From Podarcis filfolensis (Eukaryota): a stretch of DNA of 64,000 nucleotides. Position numbers and translations under genes: made by a program. Under the pieces are notes generated by a model. It did no database searches and was not told where the DNA came from. It saw only the letters and a program-made list of their open reading frames with translations. The DNA is taken from the NCBI GenBank assembly GCA_964270895.1, contig OZ185437.1; one strand, written 5' to 3'. Positions 27,030 through 38,322 of the stretch are shown here, piece by piece. The stretch's first letter is position 1. Each line of letters starts with the position of its first letter.

Positions 27030-27385
27030 TTATGTGTATTGGTTGCATGTGTCAATCCTATTCAATGCCACAGGATGTGTTCCCTCATTCAGATACTTGG
27101 GGAGACAACGACAGCAGAATCTGTGTGCAGAGTGGCATGGCTGCCTAGCTCATGTCTCAATGGATTTTTTAAATACCCCTGTTGGCAAAAACATTGTAAA
27201 ACAAACACATAAACATCTAATAATACAAAGCTTCATTGTTCAACAATGGCTTATACTTCTGCCTACTGGACCCTAAAGCTTGGTTTCTTTCATTCAAGTT
27301 CAAGTTTCTGATCTCTCTCATCTTCAAGTAAAACAAGAAATTATTATTGGGACTTTGCTGCATGAAAAGGAAACATCCTCTAGAG

Positions 27386-27513
27386 CAGATATGGGGAACC
27401 TGTTGTCCTCCATATGTTATTGGATTACATAATCCCTGACCATTAGCTATGCTGGCTGGCTCTGATGGGAACTGGAATACAAGATCTTGAGGTCCACAAG
27501 TTCCTCATATGCT
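27386..27513. mobile_element. degenerate palindromic hAT MITE
   Basis: cagatatggggaacctgttgtcctccatatgtt...gatgggaactgga...ggtccacaagttcctcatatgct. Confidence 0.55.
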
Positions 27514-27684
27514 ATGACAATCTCTGAGGCAGGAATCACCTTAGTTTGGTAGGATTCTTTCACCTTTAACAATTATCTGACATGCAGAAATTGGTGAAGC
27601 TTTTCTCACCATGCCCAAAGTCATGCTGAATATGTTCCAAGTCTAGCAGCTGATACATACAAAAGCCTTGTCAGAAAGAAAGTA

Positions 27685-27850
27685 CCGTATTTTTCCATGT
27701 ATAACACACCCCCATGTATAAGACTCTTTTTGGGGACAAAATTGAGAAAATGGGGGAAGATTGCCCCGTGTATAAGACGGGCCCAAATTTTTAGCATAAC
27801 TTTTTAATTTTAAAAAACAACAGCCTAGTCTTATACACAGAAAAATACGG
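27685..27850. mobile_element. Tc1/mariner MITE (CCGTATTTTTC TIR)
   Basis: TA-CCGTATTTTTC ... GAAAAATACGG-TA. Confidence 0.85.
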
Positions 27851-27970
27851 TAGTTCTCTTTAGTATAACTTTTTAATTAAAAAAAACAACAGCCTAGTCT
27901 TATACACAGAAAAATACGGTAGTTCTCTCAGTCTGGTCAATTATGCTGTCAGTCTGGTCAAATTATACTG
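27791..27970. repeat. 69-bp tandem duplication followed by a 21-bp tandem duplication
   Basis: 27791-27859 approximately equals 27860-27928; cagtctggtcaattatgctgt / cagtctggtcaattatactgg at 27929-27970. Confidence 0.9.
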
Positions 27971-28847
27971 GCCCTCACTTAGTGAGCCAAGTCAACATAC
28001 ATGATGACTTTGGCTAGGTTATTGTGGATCACTCTTTCTCACAGAGGATTTGTCCACTGAGTGAGGGTTCTTCATGGTCCTTCCAGATGAATCTGCTGCA
28101 CTTTAGTTTCTCACATTCTGATTTGCACTGGCATCTGCAGCTTGTTTTAATTGTTCCTCCATACAAAAGATTAAGCATAAGAAACTTTTAAAACGTTGAT
28201 ACAAGAAAAAAAAATATTTGTACATCTTTCTCTGAATCTCTGAGGTGATATTTATAAGGTATATTGCATATGTGGTACTGGGAAACTGACCATGGAACCT
28301 GACAATTTTAGAGTTTTGTTTTGTGGTACTACTGTTTTTTGTATTGTGACCTAGGATGTGAGCAACTAAAGCCAAGAAGGTGCTAATAAGTTCAGTTACT
28401 ACCCACCCAATCTGTAGCTGCTGTGTTCTAAAGAGTTAGAAAGGGAAATTTAAAACCTAAATCCAAGATAACTATTTTGATGTATCAATGACTTACTCCC
28501 AAGTAAGCAGACACAGGATTTCAGTCTAAATATTCTGCTGAGTCAAGGCTGTTCCTGTCTTTTCTAACCAAACTTAGGTTTTCCATACTAAAAATGGGAT
28601 GTTTTGGGAATTGTGTACTAACACTAAAGGTTCAAGGTCTGAGAGAAAAGCAAAGAGCTTCCCCCACATAACTGATTTTTTTACCATCACATAACTGTGT
28701 TTTATTAGAAAAGTCGAACCAGGAACAGTAACCTGCCACTTCTGTCCTAAGTATGCTCTCCTGTGCTCTTAGCAGACTGAATTTCAGGTCACTCTTCCAT
28801 GACATGAGCAAATAGTTGGGTATTTTTCATTGGTCCTTTCCTAACTT

Positions 28848-29140
28848 TTATTTATTTAAAAGATTTATACCCATTTCCCCTTCCACAAAGGAGTCACTTA
28901 AAGCTGCTTACAAATGAAGAGCAAACACAAAAGCATTAAATACAATCACTAAAACATAAATTAACAAAACTAAAAACAGCAAAAACACTTAAGAGTCTCA
29001 TTGACAATACATTGAGCAGCAACAGAATCAAAAGTAGATTTTAAAAAGCAAGTGTTTATGTGCTGGTGGACAAGAAAGAGGAAGGTAACGTAACCTCTTG
29101 GGACAAGGAGGCACCACCACAGAAAAAGCTCTCTTATGTC
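28848..29140 (-). mobile_element. L2-type LINE 3' tail
   Basis: tttatttatttaaaagatttatacccattt...gctgcttacaa...gaggcaccaccacagaaaaagctct pattern. Confidence 0.5.
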
Positions 29141-30228
29141 TTGGTTACCTACACATACAAGACAAAAGCAACAGTTGATCTTAACAGATGGACAGATTCA
29201 CACAAGAATAGCTTGATTTCAAGTTACTTTGAACTTTATTGGTAAAAACCAGCTCCTTGAATTGCATTTGAAAACAATTGCATTTGAAAACAAGCCAGTG
29301 CAGCTGATACAATAATGAAGTCACATGATCATAGAGCACTTTGCCCTGTTAAGATTTTAGCAGCAGCATTCTGCACCAATTTGAGAGTGCTTTTAAACTG
29401 CAGCCTCTCAGAAGCATGTTGTTACCAGGTCCAAAAGGCTCTCCAAAAAGTGAATTGTAGTCTAAATCTGATTAACAATACTTAATCACTGGACATTATG
29501 TTTGATGAATCAGTAAAGCTACGCTTAAACACTAATTGATTTTAAAACCAGTGACAGCATTATGTATTAACAGCACATTTACACATCTTAACTTACTTGT
29601 TTTTTTAAATACTACCTGAGTGTATTTTTCTAGCGTTCATACTGGCATTTAAGAAAAATAGAGTAAGAGAGATTTTTTTGTAGCTAACTATACCAGAAAG
29701 GCAAAAGTGTTGATGCTGAAAGTAGATAAATGTTATAAATAAATGCTGATGTTTGTATACTAAATAGAATGTTTTTATGATGAGTTGCAATTTAAACATG
29801 TTACATTGTATGATATCTAAGCTTAACTGAAGTTCTGTGGACTCTGTAATCTCACTTTTTAAAATATTCCATATGCAATTACAACAGTATTTTCTTTGTT
29901 TCCTGCATGCCTCTCAGTCTCATGCAGTCTTGAAGGCATAGGTATGAAAAAATATGTGGTCTAAATTGAGCTTTTGTGCTGTGTAACCTGTTTTAGAAAT
30001 CTCCTCTACCATTTTAAATTGGCTTTTGTTTTGCATGTTCATACTTAATCACACTGGGAAATGAAAAGCTGTTTGCTTTTGAATGGTGTGCTTTGCCACT
30101 GTGTGATCAATGCATGTACTAATGATTTCCTTTTATTTTTCTTCTTTCCTATTTTCCTACTTTCTCATCTTTCCATGTTTTGCACTGCTGTCTCCATACT
30201 TTCTTCTAAATTTCTTTGCTTACTGTAG

Positions 30229-30525
30229 CAGCCCTTGCCTTTTCTCTTGCAGCAACAGCCCAGGCTCCAAGGATTATTACGGGGCCTGCGCCTGTTCTCC
30301 CACCAGCTGCCCTGCGTACCCCTACGCCAGGTGGCCCTACCTTAATGCCTTTGATCAGACAAATACAGACCGCTGTCATGCCAAATGGAACTCCTCACCC
30401 AACTGCTGCAATAGTTCCCCCAGGACCTGAAGCTGGTTTAATTTACACACCGTATGAGTATCCCTACACACTGGCTCCTGCTACATCAATTCTTGAGTAT
30501 CCTATTGAACCCAGTGGTGTATTAG
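30229..30525 (+). CDS. QKI: QKI exon 6 (297 nt; Pro/Tyr-rich C-terminal region)
   Basis: tgtAG|CAGCCC...GTATTAG|GTAAGT; (P)[98 protein letters not shown](G); phase 1 matches exon 5. Confidence 0.98.
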
Positions 30526-30593
30526 GTAAGTTCTTCCTAGATAATTATTTGAATATTAATTTATCAGGTGGCGAGTTTCTTATACTAAGATAA
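30526..30593 (+). CDS. QKI: read-through of the exon 6 donor (QKI-7B-like tail [22 protein letters not shown])
   Basis: In-frame continuation into the intron to TAA; mammalian QKI-7B (recalled GKFF...) arises the same way; no expression evidence here. Confidence 0.4.
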
Positions 30594-30810
30594 ATATAGT
30601 ATGAGGAAACATACTATATTGTACAAGTACCTTTTTGCTATAGAACTCGCCCCTGATGATGTTATCAGAGCATATTGGGCAACTTGGTGAATTTTTCATT
30701 GGCATCTGTTTCGTTTCACCATGTCCCCTTTTCAGATTTTGAAAATATCATCAGTTTAAACATAGTTCAACTCTTTCTTACAAACAACTAGATTTAGTTG
30801 AAAAAGATAG

Positions 30811-31110
30811 TTGGCATCCATCTGTCCCAAGAGACAATGGAGTGCGCCTCCAGAGATGAAGTCAAACCTCTGGAGAATCACAGAGCATGCTGTGGCTGAA
30901 GAAGCTGGTAACTCGTAACTACTGCCTCCCACGTTGTTTTTGCTGCATTAGCAGTACCAAAGTGACCTTTCTGGGGCACAAGCCTGGACAGGGTGTATGG
31001 AGGTCCTGGTCTGCCCAAATGACAAGCCCCGCACTCTACCTTGCTGATGTGGTCCAAAGGAAAGCACAGCAATGTGTTTGGCACCAAATTGGCTTCAGAA
31101 GTTGCTGGAT
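30811..31110. mobile_element. interspersed repeat, tentatively Vingi/RTE-like 5' region
   Basis: ggcatccatctgtcccaagagacaatggagtgcgcctcc...gtcaaacc shared with 55520-55600. Confidence 0.5.
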
Positions 31111-31509
31111 GGAGGCATACAAGATAGAATTATAGAATTTTAGAGTTGGAAGTAACAAGGCACACTGAAATGTGAAAATTTTTAGATATATACTGAAAGA
31201 GAGGGTTGAAGGATATTTTAGAATTCTCTGACACAGCCTGTGCTGCATATCTCTTAATTATTGAAAAAGGCACAGTCTCATTTTTGAGACTGGGCGCAGA
31301 GGAGGGTGGGAAACCACAAGTTAATATTAAATGGGCTGCCCCAGAGGTGCAAGTAAAATAACTTGTCCTGCTTTTCTAGGGACTCGGAAAAATATGTATC
31401 TCTTTTTTCTGTGCCACCAATTTTAAAGTAATTAAAATCACTGAAGTTAGGTGAGAACATAACTTAAAAGAAGTTGCAATTTAAAACATTACTGCCTCCT
31501 TTTTTACAG

Positions 31510-31565
31510 AGGAGATTGAAATGTCTCACATTCCTGATACTTTGGTCTGTTCATTTGCTGGATGA
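31510..31565 (+). CDS. QKI: QKI-7-type alternative terminal exon, diverged (EEIEMSHIPDTLVCSFAG*)
   Basis: cctcctttttttacAG|AGGAGATTGAAATG; phase 1 fits exon 6; ExIEM..xPD aligns with mammalian EWIEMPVMPDISAH; lies between exon 6 and the QKI-6 exon as in mammals. Confidence 0.8.
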
Positions 31566-31777
31566 AGGCCAGACTATAGCAGCAATTAATTAAGAAATGG
31601 TCAACGCAGGCATTGCAGGGCAGTTTGTGTCCTTCCCATAATTTTGAATATATTTTTCTGCCTATATTTTTGTGTGAAATATGTATGGCCTTGGCATTGC
31701 TGATCTTGTTGATTTATGGGACTTTGGTTGTTAAATTTGGGTCAGCAACAATGTTTTTCACATTCTAAGAACATAAT

Positions 31778-31889
31778 CCAGCCAAAGTTATGCACATTTT
31801 AAGTCTGCTTGATTTGAATCTCTATTTAAATCTCTGTTAAACACTTGTGTTGGAATCAATGAGACTTATAAGTGCTTAACTTTGGCTGG
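31778..31889. mobile_element. short inverted-repeat (MITE-like) element in the QKI-7 3' UTR
   Basis: Arms ccagccaaagttatgcac and gtgcttaactttggctgg are reverse complements at 17 of 18 positions. Confidence 0.7.
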
Positions 31890-32994
31890 TTCATATCTAA
31901 ACAGTTACTATGTTGAAAGTAGTGCTCGTTTACAGAAGAATAGACCTTGTGTGTCTGTATGCACAAGCTCACATCTTCTTGGTCATAGGAAGAGAACATT
32001 AAGCACTCAAGTTTTTGCTTTTCATTGTTTGCTACTACTTTTGTAGAACCAATTCAGCTCTTCACAGTGCTTTGCCTTTTATCTTAGCCCTGATTTTGAA
32101 TTAATGACATCTACAATGTGGTGCTTTGGGGCCATGGGTACACTAACTTTTCCTATATTCTTTTCTCTTCCTTTGCAAGTCTTTTTTATTTCAGATGCAG
32201 ACCGTCTTTTCAGGAGCAATATTAGTAGTTTAGCCCCACATTCTGTCACCGGTAGCAAATCTCTTTACATGACTTCATCCAATCCTAACACCTCTGTGGT
32301 ATGGATTACTGGAAGTCATGCATAACAAATTGTAAATGTAGCAGTTCCATAGGCAATAATCTAGCCTAATCCATAATCCATTATTAGCTTAGTTTTGGGG
32401 AGCAGACTATTGGTAATCATAATAATTGCAGTCTATAGTAAAAGATAAAGCATTGTAAAGTATTATTGTATGGAAATAGGTGAATTACTTTTAGCTGACC
32501 TCAACCCCTCCCCTCCATAGACTATTTCAATTTAACTACTAGAATTGTGTGGAAGTACTAATTTTACCTATGTGGTGAATTCAGAGTAATCAACCAAACT
32601 CAAAGCTTTGTAGGTGCCATAACACCTCCAATTTTCTTGCTGGGGATGGGCACAGAATTAGAGCCATGTTTGTGATTGGAGAGATTATGTGAAGAACTGA
32701 CAGCAACATTGAGACAATTGGAAAAAGAAAGTTGCCCCTGGCCTGGGACAAATGTATACAGTGCTACTAGGTGAAAATGCAAAATGGCAGTGTTGAAAAA
32801 TGAAGTTAGCCTCATTGATTTGAGTGGCACATAATAGATCCACATGCGATTTGCAGTAAAATGGTGACATATTGAGATAATATAAAGTTCTGAAAAGATT
32901 GATTTAGGAAAAATATGTGATAGAGGAAAGGAAGATTGGCAATAGTATCAAATCTTAGTTGACTAATGTTTCATTCCCTTCCTTTTATCTTTAG

Positions 32995-33020
32995 GTATGG
33001 CTTTCCCAACGAAAGGCTAA
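32995..33020 (+). CDS. QKI: QKI-6 terminal exon coding part (GMAFPTKG*)
   Basis: ccttttatctttAG|GTATGGCTTTCCCAACGAAAGGCTAA; identical to the known QKI-6 C-terminal octapeptide. Confidence 0.97.
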
Positions 33021-33251
33021 GAATTCAAGAATGGTCTTAACTGAACCCTCGTCAGAGCTGACTTTAACAAATGCTTAGTTTTCAGCAGCCTTGAAAAAAC
33101 ATAGCCTAGCAGTCAGTGACTTACTTGCACTTTTTTGCACATAGAAATAAAAATGCTATTAATTTGGTATAGCCTGTACTATGACAAACTAGCTGTGATT
33201 TATGAGTGTATGGTAGTATACTGACTGCTATGTATTCTGTACTATTTGCTT

Positions 33252-33266
33252 TACTAATCACCTAAT
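33252..33266 (+). promoter_or_regulatory. bipartite Quaking response element (NACUAAY-N-UAAY) in the QKI-6 3' UTR
   Basis: TACTAAT (33252-58) followed 4 nt later by TAAT (33263-66). Confidence 0.6.
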
Positions 33267-33714
33267 TCATTGCAGTTCACAGTTATTGACTTAGTTTTAA
33301 ACCACAGTCTGTAGGCTTGAGGAATTGCTTTAAAACTTTTTAAAATGGTAAAAACTGGAAGTTGCTTTAAAATTAGCAAAGAATCTTCAGTATTAAAAAT
33401 GGCATTATTTAAGGTAGTCCTGCTGCAAGGAAGGCACTTCAGTGAATATGTGACTAGTAAAGCTCAAATGTGCTTGGGTCTAGTAGATTTCATGAAACTG
33501 TAATCTTGAGTTTGTAAATGAATGGATAATGCAGGTTAAGGCCCGGATGTTTAAAAAAAAATGCAATATTAATCTGCACAGGTATACTTCATATATTAAG
33601 ATTAAAATTTGAAACTACTGTGCCTTAACTTGTTGCTTTCTTAAAATGAATTTTTTTTTAGAAAGTGATCATTTTAAATCCATTTTGATAAGCCTGCTGT
33701 TAATGTTTTATCAA

Positions 33715-33862
33715 NNNNNNNNNNNNNNNNNNNNNNNNNNNNNNNNNNNNNNNNNNNNNNNNNNNNNNNNNNNNNNNNNNNNNNNNNNNNNNNNNNNNNN
33801 NNNNNNNNNNNNNNNNNNNNNNNNNNNNNNNNNNNNNNNNNNNNNNNNNNNNNNNNNNNNNN
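33715..33862 (+). other. QKI: 148-nt N-run; inferred to contain QKI-5 exon 7c ([25 protein letters not shown])
   Basis: About 0.7 kb downstream of the QKI-6 acceptor, where this exon lies in mammals; the peptide was not found elsewhere in the window; sequence unreadable. Confidence 0.65.
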
Positions 33863-36800
33863 TGCTTTGAGTGTACATGAAATTTGCAACACCACAGCTG
33901 GTTAACCAAATACTATTTTGACCATTATATTGATGTTTTACATTAAATTGAAGTGCTAGTAATATTTGTTCCAGAGGTTTAAAATTGTTAACTACTGTAC
34001 TCTTTTCATCTAAATGATTTTTTCTTTAAAAAAAAAAACACCTTCAGCGTATTCAATATAAAATGCTATAACCTGTTCCTTTTGTAAGCACTATGTATGA
34101 TTTAAATTCAAGCAGGACTGAAGTCTTAGTATTGCATTAATAGTTGACCCTCCCATGTGACTATTATTAATTGGAGATATCAGATTGGTGTTGCAAAATA
34201 AAATGAATAGATGGGCGCTTAATGAGATAGAAGTAAATGCTTTCTTATTATTACAGGAGAAAGCTGAAGATTTAGTTTCCTCTCTTCTGATAAATGGTTT
34301 GTGCCACTGTACTGTAACTTGAGCAGATATCTGAGAACAAAACCCGTCTCTAAATTTAGCAAAACAAAACAAAAAAACAACAACAGTAAAATTGATATAT
34401 CAGAAGTTGGTTAGGGTTTGTGCTGATAAAGAATATTTCACTTCTGTTAAAAAATATAAATTTTTAGTTATATCATTTGATGCTAAAATTTATTTCTTGA
34501 ACTTGTTACAATTTTGACATTCTGGTTAGCAAAGACAACTGCTTTTGGACTCTGTTTGGCTTAGCTAACGGATGGAAAATAAATCTTCATTTTCTCCTTT
34601 TACATGAAATGTAATTCATGTTCCTCGAACTCTTGGACCCGTGAATGGTTTAATCCTCCTGTGAAAAGTGAGCTCTCGGTTTATTGACATTGAGTGTGCT
34701 ACTGGCAGTAGTGTGACTGTGTATTCTCAGGAGCATTTATCCCACATGTAGTATCAGCTTGGTTTGTGGATTTGATAAGTAGCAGTACTGCCTGTTTCCG
34801 TAGAAATCCTCCTTCCCTACCTCACAGGGGTGTTGTGGGGCTTAATGTGTGTTGTACAGTTCAGAAATACAAACTAGAATGGAAGTGTTGAATTGCAGTG
34901 CTTGAGGTATGAGAGTTTTCTGTAGGTTTGATACATTTGATAGCATTCAGGTAATGGCTCTTTTATCTACTTGCAAGACTTAGAAGGTTGTATAACACCC
35001 CATGAGCCTTTTCATACATTTAACCTGTTCTTGGGCTCATACCAAAGCAACTCAGTGTTACTACAGACATTCCAAACCAGAGTAGTAGTTGAATAAACAG
35101 AATTAATATAGTTTCCCTCAATACATTACTTAGTTATGACAAGCTTCTTTTGAACAATCTTTCCCCCTACCCTACTTTCTCATTACATACAGATAGTGTG
35201 CCTTTCCAGTTCTATCTTTGTTAGATTGCCCAAATGTGAGTATAATATTTGAACAGGGTTTACATGCAGGGGAAGAAAAAGAATGCACATAGGCCCAGTT
35301 CACTTGGTTCACATATTTGAGGAATGGGGTAAATTACATGATTCTGCTTAATGCAATTATGTGGATTTTACATGCTTGTACACTATTAAAGTGTTATTAA
35401 CATATAGGGATGTGAAAGGATGCTGGAAGCAGGACAGCTTTGTCCGGTGAATAGGGTGGGAAGAAATAATTTCACACTCAGTTGCTGGTAAGGAAAAAAG
35501 GTAGCGGAAAGTATTGCTGAACTCAGCCACAGACTGTCCCTGTTTCTGTTTTTGCAGCTGGAAAGTTTGAGCATTTGGGTACTAATACAGGCAGCCACTT
35601 ACTTTTGCTTCTAACTAGATGTGGCTGTTGGAAAATATTTTGTAAGTTTTTTTGGTCAGATTTTGGCTTCAAGTAACTTGAGGATGTAGCATCAAGGTTT
35701 TTAGTTTTATTAACTATAGTCTTGGAATTGGAATTCCTTTTAGTAGCAAGGGCTCCCAAAGTGCCTTCTCAATTATAACTACTATTGTATATAATATAAG
35801 GAGGTGAAGCTGACCTCCGTAACGTTTTTCCTTCAGTGCTTATTTGCTAATGGTGCTATATGATTCAAAAATAAGTGTAATTAGTGAACACTGTAGGTAA
35901 TTTAAGATTTCATAAAACTAATATAGTATTTGTGTTCATTTTAAGTTGCAGTAGATTTGAGTGCTACACCTGTTTCTCTCAATAGGATTGTTGTGTGCAT
36001 ATATTGGTATTTTGTTTAGATTTTATTTAACTACTTCCATACAACCAACTTCTAAGTTAAAAGAAATTTCACTTTTTGAACATTTCCATTATGCTAAAAT
36101 TAGTGGGCACTTTCTATTTACACTTGCTGTAGATTTATAATACTTTGATTACCTGTCCAATATTGATGGTAGTTAAAATACAATGTCAGTAAACCGAATT
36201 GCTTTCTCTTCATAAGGAAAAGCTGCAAGAAGATGAGAGGCAGAATGTACATTCACTGGGTCTATGATTAAACTTTTTTCCAAATTATGTATGCTACTAT
36301 TATATTCTCTCATTAAGCAAGCTGTTATTCTTAATGCTAGCTTACATGTAAGCATTGCATTCAAAGCAAGAGCCCACAATTTGTCAGCATTCTTTTAAGA
36401 ATTAAGTTTAGAATGGAAGAATTCAGCAGTACTTAATTAATTTCCGCCAAGGTTAAGGCCCCGCTATATAAATAATACAAAACTGAATTTGATTCATGTA
36501 ACGAGAGTGACTGACTGATCTAATTGTAATAAACTGTAAATGGTGTGTGTTGCACAGTTGACAAACCTGTGTGTACTGTAGAAGGCCAGGGACTTGGCAG
36601 AGGATGTATCACAGGTGTACTGGTATCTTAAGATAGCTTGCATTGATTTTATAAACCACAAAAAATGGCAGTGCTAAGGCCATAACTGAATGTTTTCAAA
36701 GCCAATTGTCACATAATTTATGTCTAAAATTTGTAATACCATTTTAATCAAAATTGTAGTAAGTACCAAGAATGCTTTAAGATTCCGGATATCTAGTATA

Positions 36801-37382
36801 CATTTTAAGGTGGCAAGATGGTGCCACACTAAATATTTATTTTTTAATTTTGTTTTTGTTTTTATTTTTTGACAACATTTTTAGCTTAAACCCCACTTCT
36901 CAGCATTTTTTTTTTCAAAAAAAATCAATAAATCAGGGAACATGAGGTCTCATTTAAGTTACAGCAATAATGTTTAGTGTTCATGAACTGTAGCCTAAAT
37001 GATAGGCCATAGAAACAATGTAACATGTGAAGATGAATCCAACCCATGATGTCTGTCATTAAATAGTGTGCTATCTGTGAACATTGCACCTACTGAATTT
37101 CATTTTACAAAATGGCACAAATCTGACTTTGCACTGAATACCTTTCTCACTTCCATCTCCTCTGCTTTAGTCAATGGCAACAGTACAAATATTTTTTCAA
37201 ACCTCAATTTATTAGAGATGATAAAGCTGTTGAATGAGTCTTAAAATTTGTACTACTGTAAAGTGGACCAAGTTGTTGAAGGAGAATGTGAGAGAGTCAT
37301 TAAAGAAGGAACAGCTCAAGAACATTGGGAATGATAACTTTCCACTTGAGAACTTTTTTTATGTTTTACTGTAATTTTTGTG

Positions 37383-37514
37383 NNNNNNNNNNNNNNNNNN
37401 NNNNNNNNNNNNNNNNNNNNNNNNNNNNNNNNNNNNNNNNNNNNNNNNNNNNNNNNNNNNNNNNNNNNNNNNNNNNNNNNNNNNNNNNNNNNNNNNNNNN
37501 NNNNNNNNNNNNNN
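37383..37514. other. 132-nt N-run in the QKI 3' region
   Basis: Direct reading. Confidence 0.95.
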
Positions 37515-38322
37515 TAGTTTTTAAAATGCCTTATTAGTATCAATTAGATTTCCTCTATTTTTGATGTAACTAGAGCATTTTAAGTATAGAATTTAAAATG
37601 GCAGGACTTTTACAGTGTTTACATACAAGTGCATTTTCTTAGTGTCCTATCTGTGTAAAATAGCATTTTCAGCAGGAAAAGCTGGCTAGAACATTTGGCC
37701 TTTTCCTGGTCCCTATGATGATGCCTACACTTCTAGACTTCAATTTAGTATTGCTTTGTATCATGAAGCCAAGAAATTCAATGTTGTTTGTAAATAGAAT
37801 CATTGAAAAGCAATAAAATATATTGAACAAAAAAACTTGTTTGGCCCATAGTTTATGTGAAACCAAATTGTTCATGACAAATCAAATTCCTTAGATTCAT
37901 TTCTTTTAACAATCAGTTTTTAATAATCACATTCATCATTACTACTTGCTTTGATGCTTGCACATGGGAGAATACTAATGCTTAATAGCAGTCAGATACT
38001 GATATGGTGCACTGACTGTTCTAAATTCTTTTACCAAGTTCCAGAAACTGTTCATTGTTTTTTTTCCCCTTTCATCGACTGCTACTAACCATTAGATATA
38101 TTTTATTTCTATTTTTCCTTGTTAACCAGTTTTGTGGGAGTGGGCTTCTCCTTCATATGTTCAAATCATGATAGAAGGCTGTCATGATTTTTATTGCATT
38201 CTGTAGATGGTGTCAAGCAGTATGTCAGAATTAAACATGCTTGTTTTTATTAGTTGTGATTAGTTTTCATGTTGTCATTAAGCCGTCACTAGCTGAAACT
38301 AATCTCTTCTCTATCTTTCTTT

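Larger units (their letters stand above)
33021..36950 (+). other. QKI: inferred long QKI-6/QKI-7 3' UTR (overlaps the QKI-5 exon 7c region)
   Basis: Repeat-poor AU-rich sequence after the stop; AATAAA at 36528 and 36927; 3' end not determinable. Confidence 0.55.

Noticed and set aside
30110-30430. 106-aa alternative-frame ORF overlapping exon 6
   Set aside because: Starts in the pyrimidine tract and is a by-product of the low-stop composition of the tract and the Pro/Ala-rich exon; no independent support.
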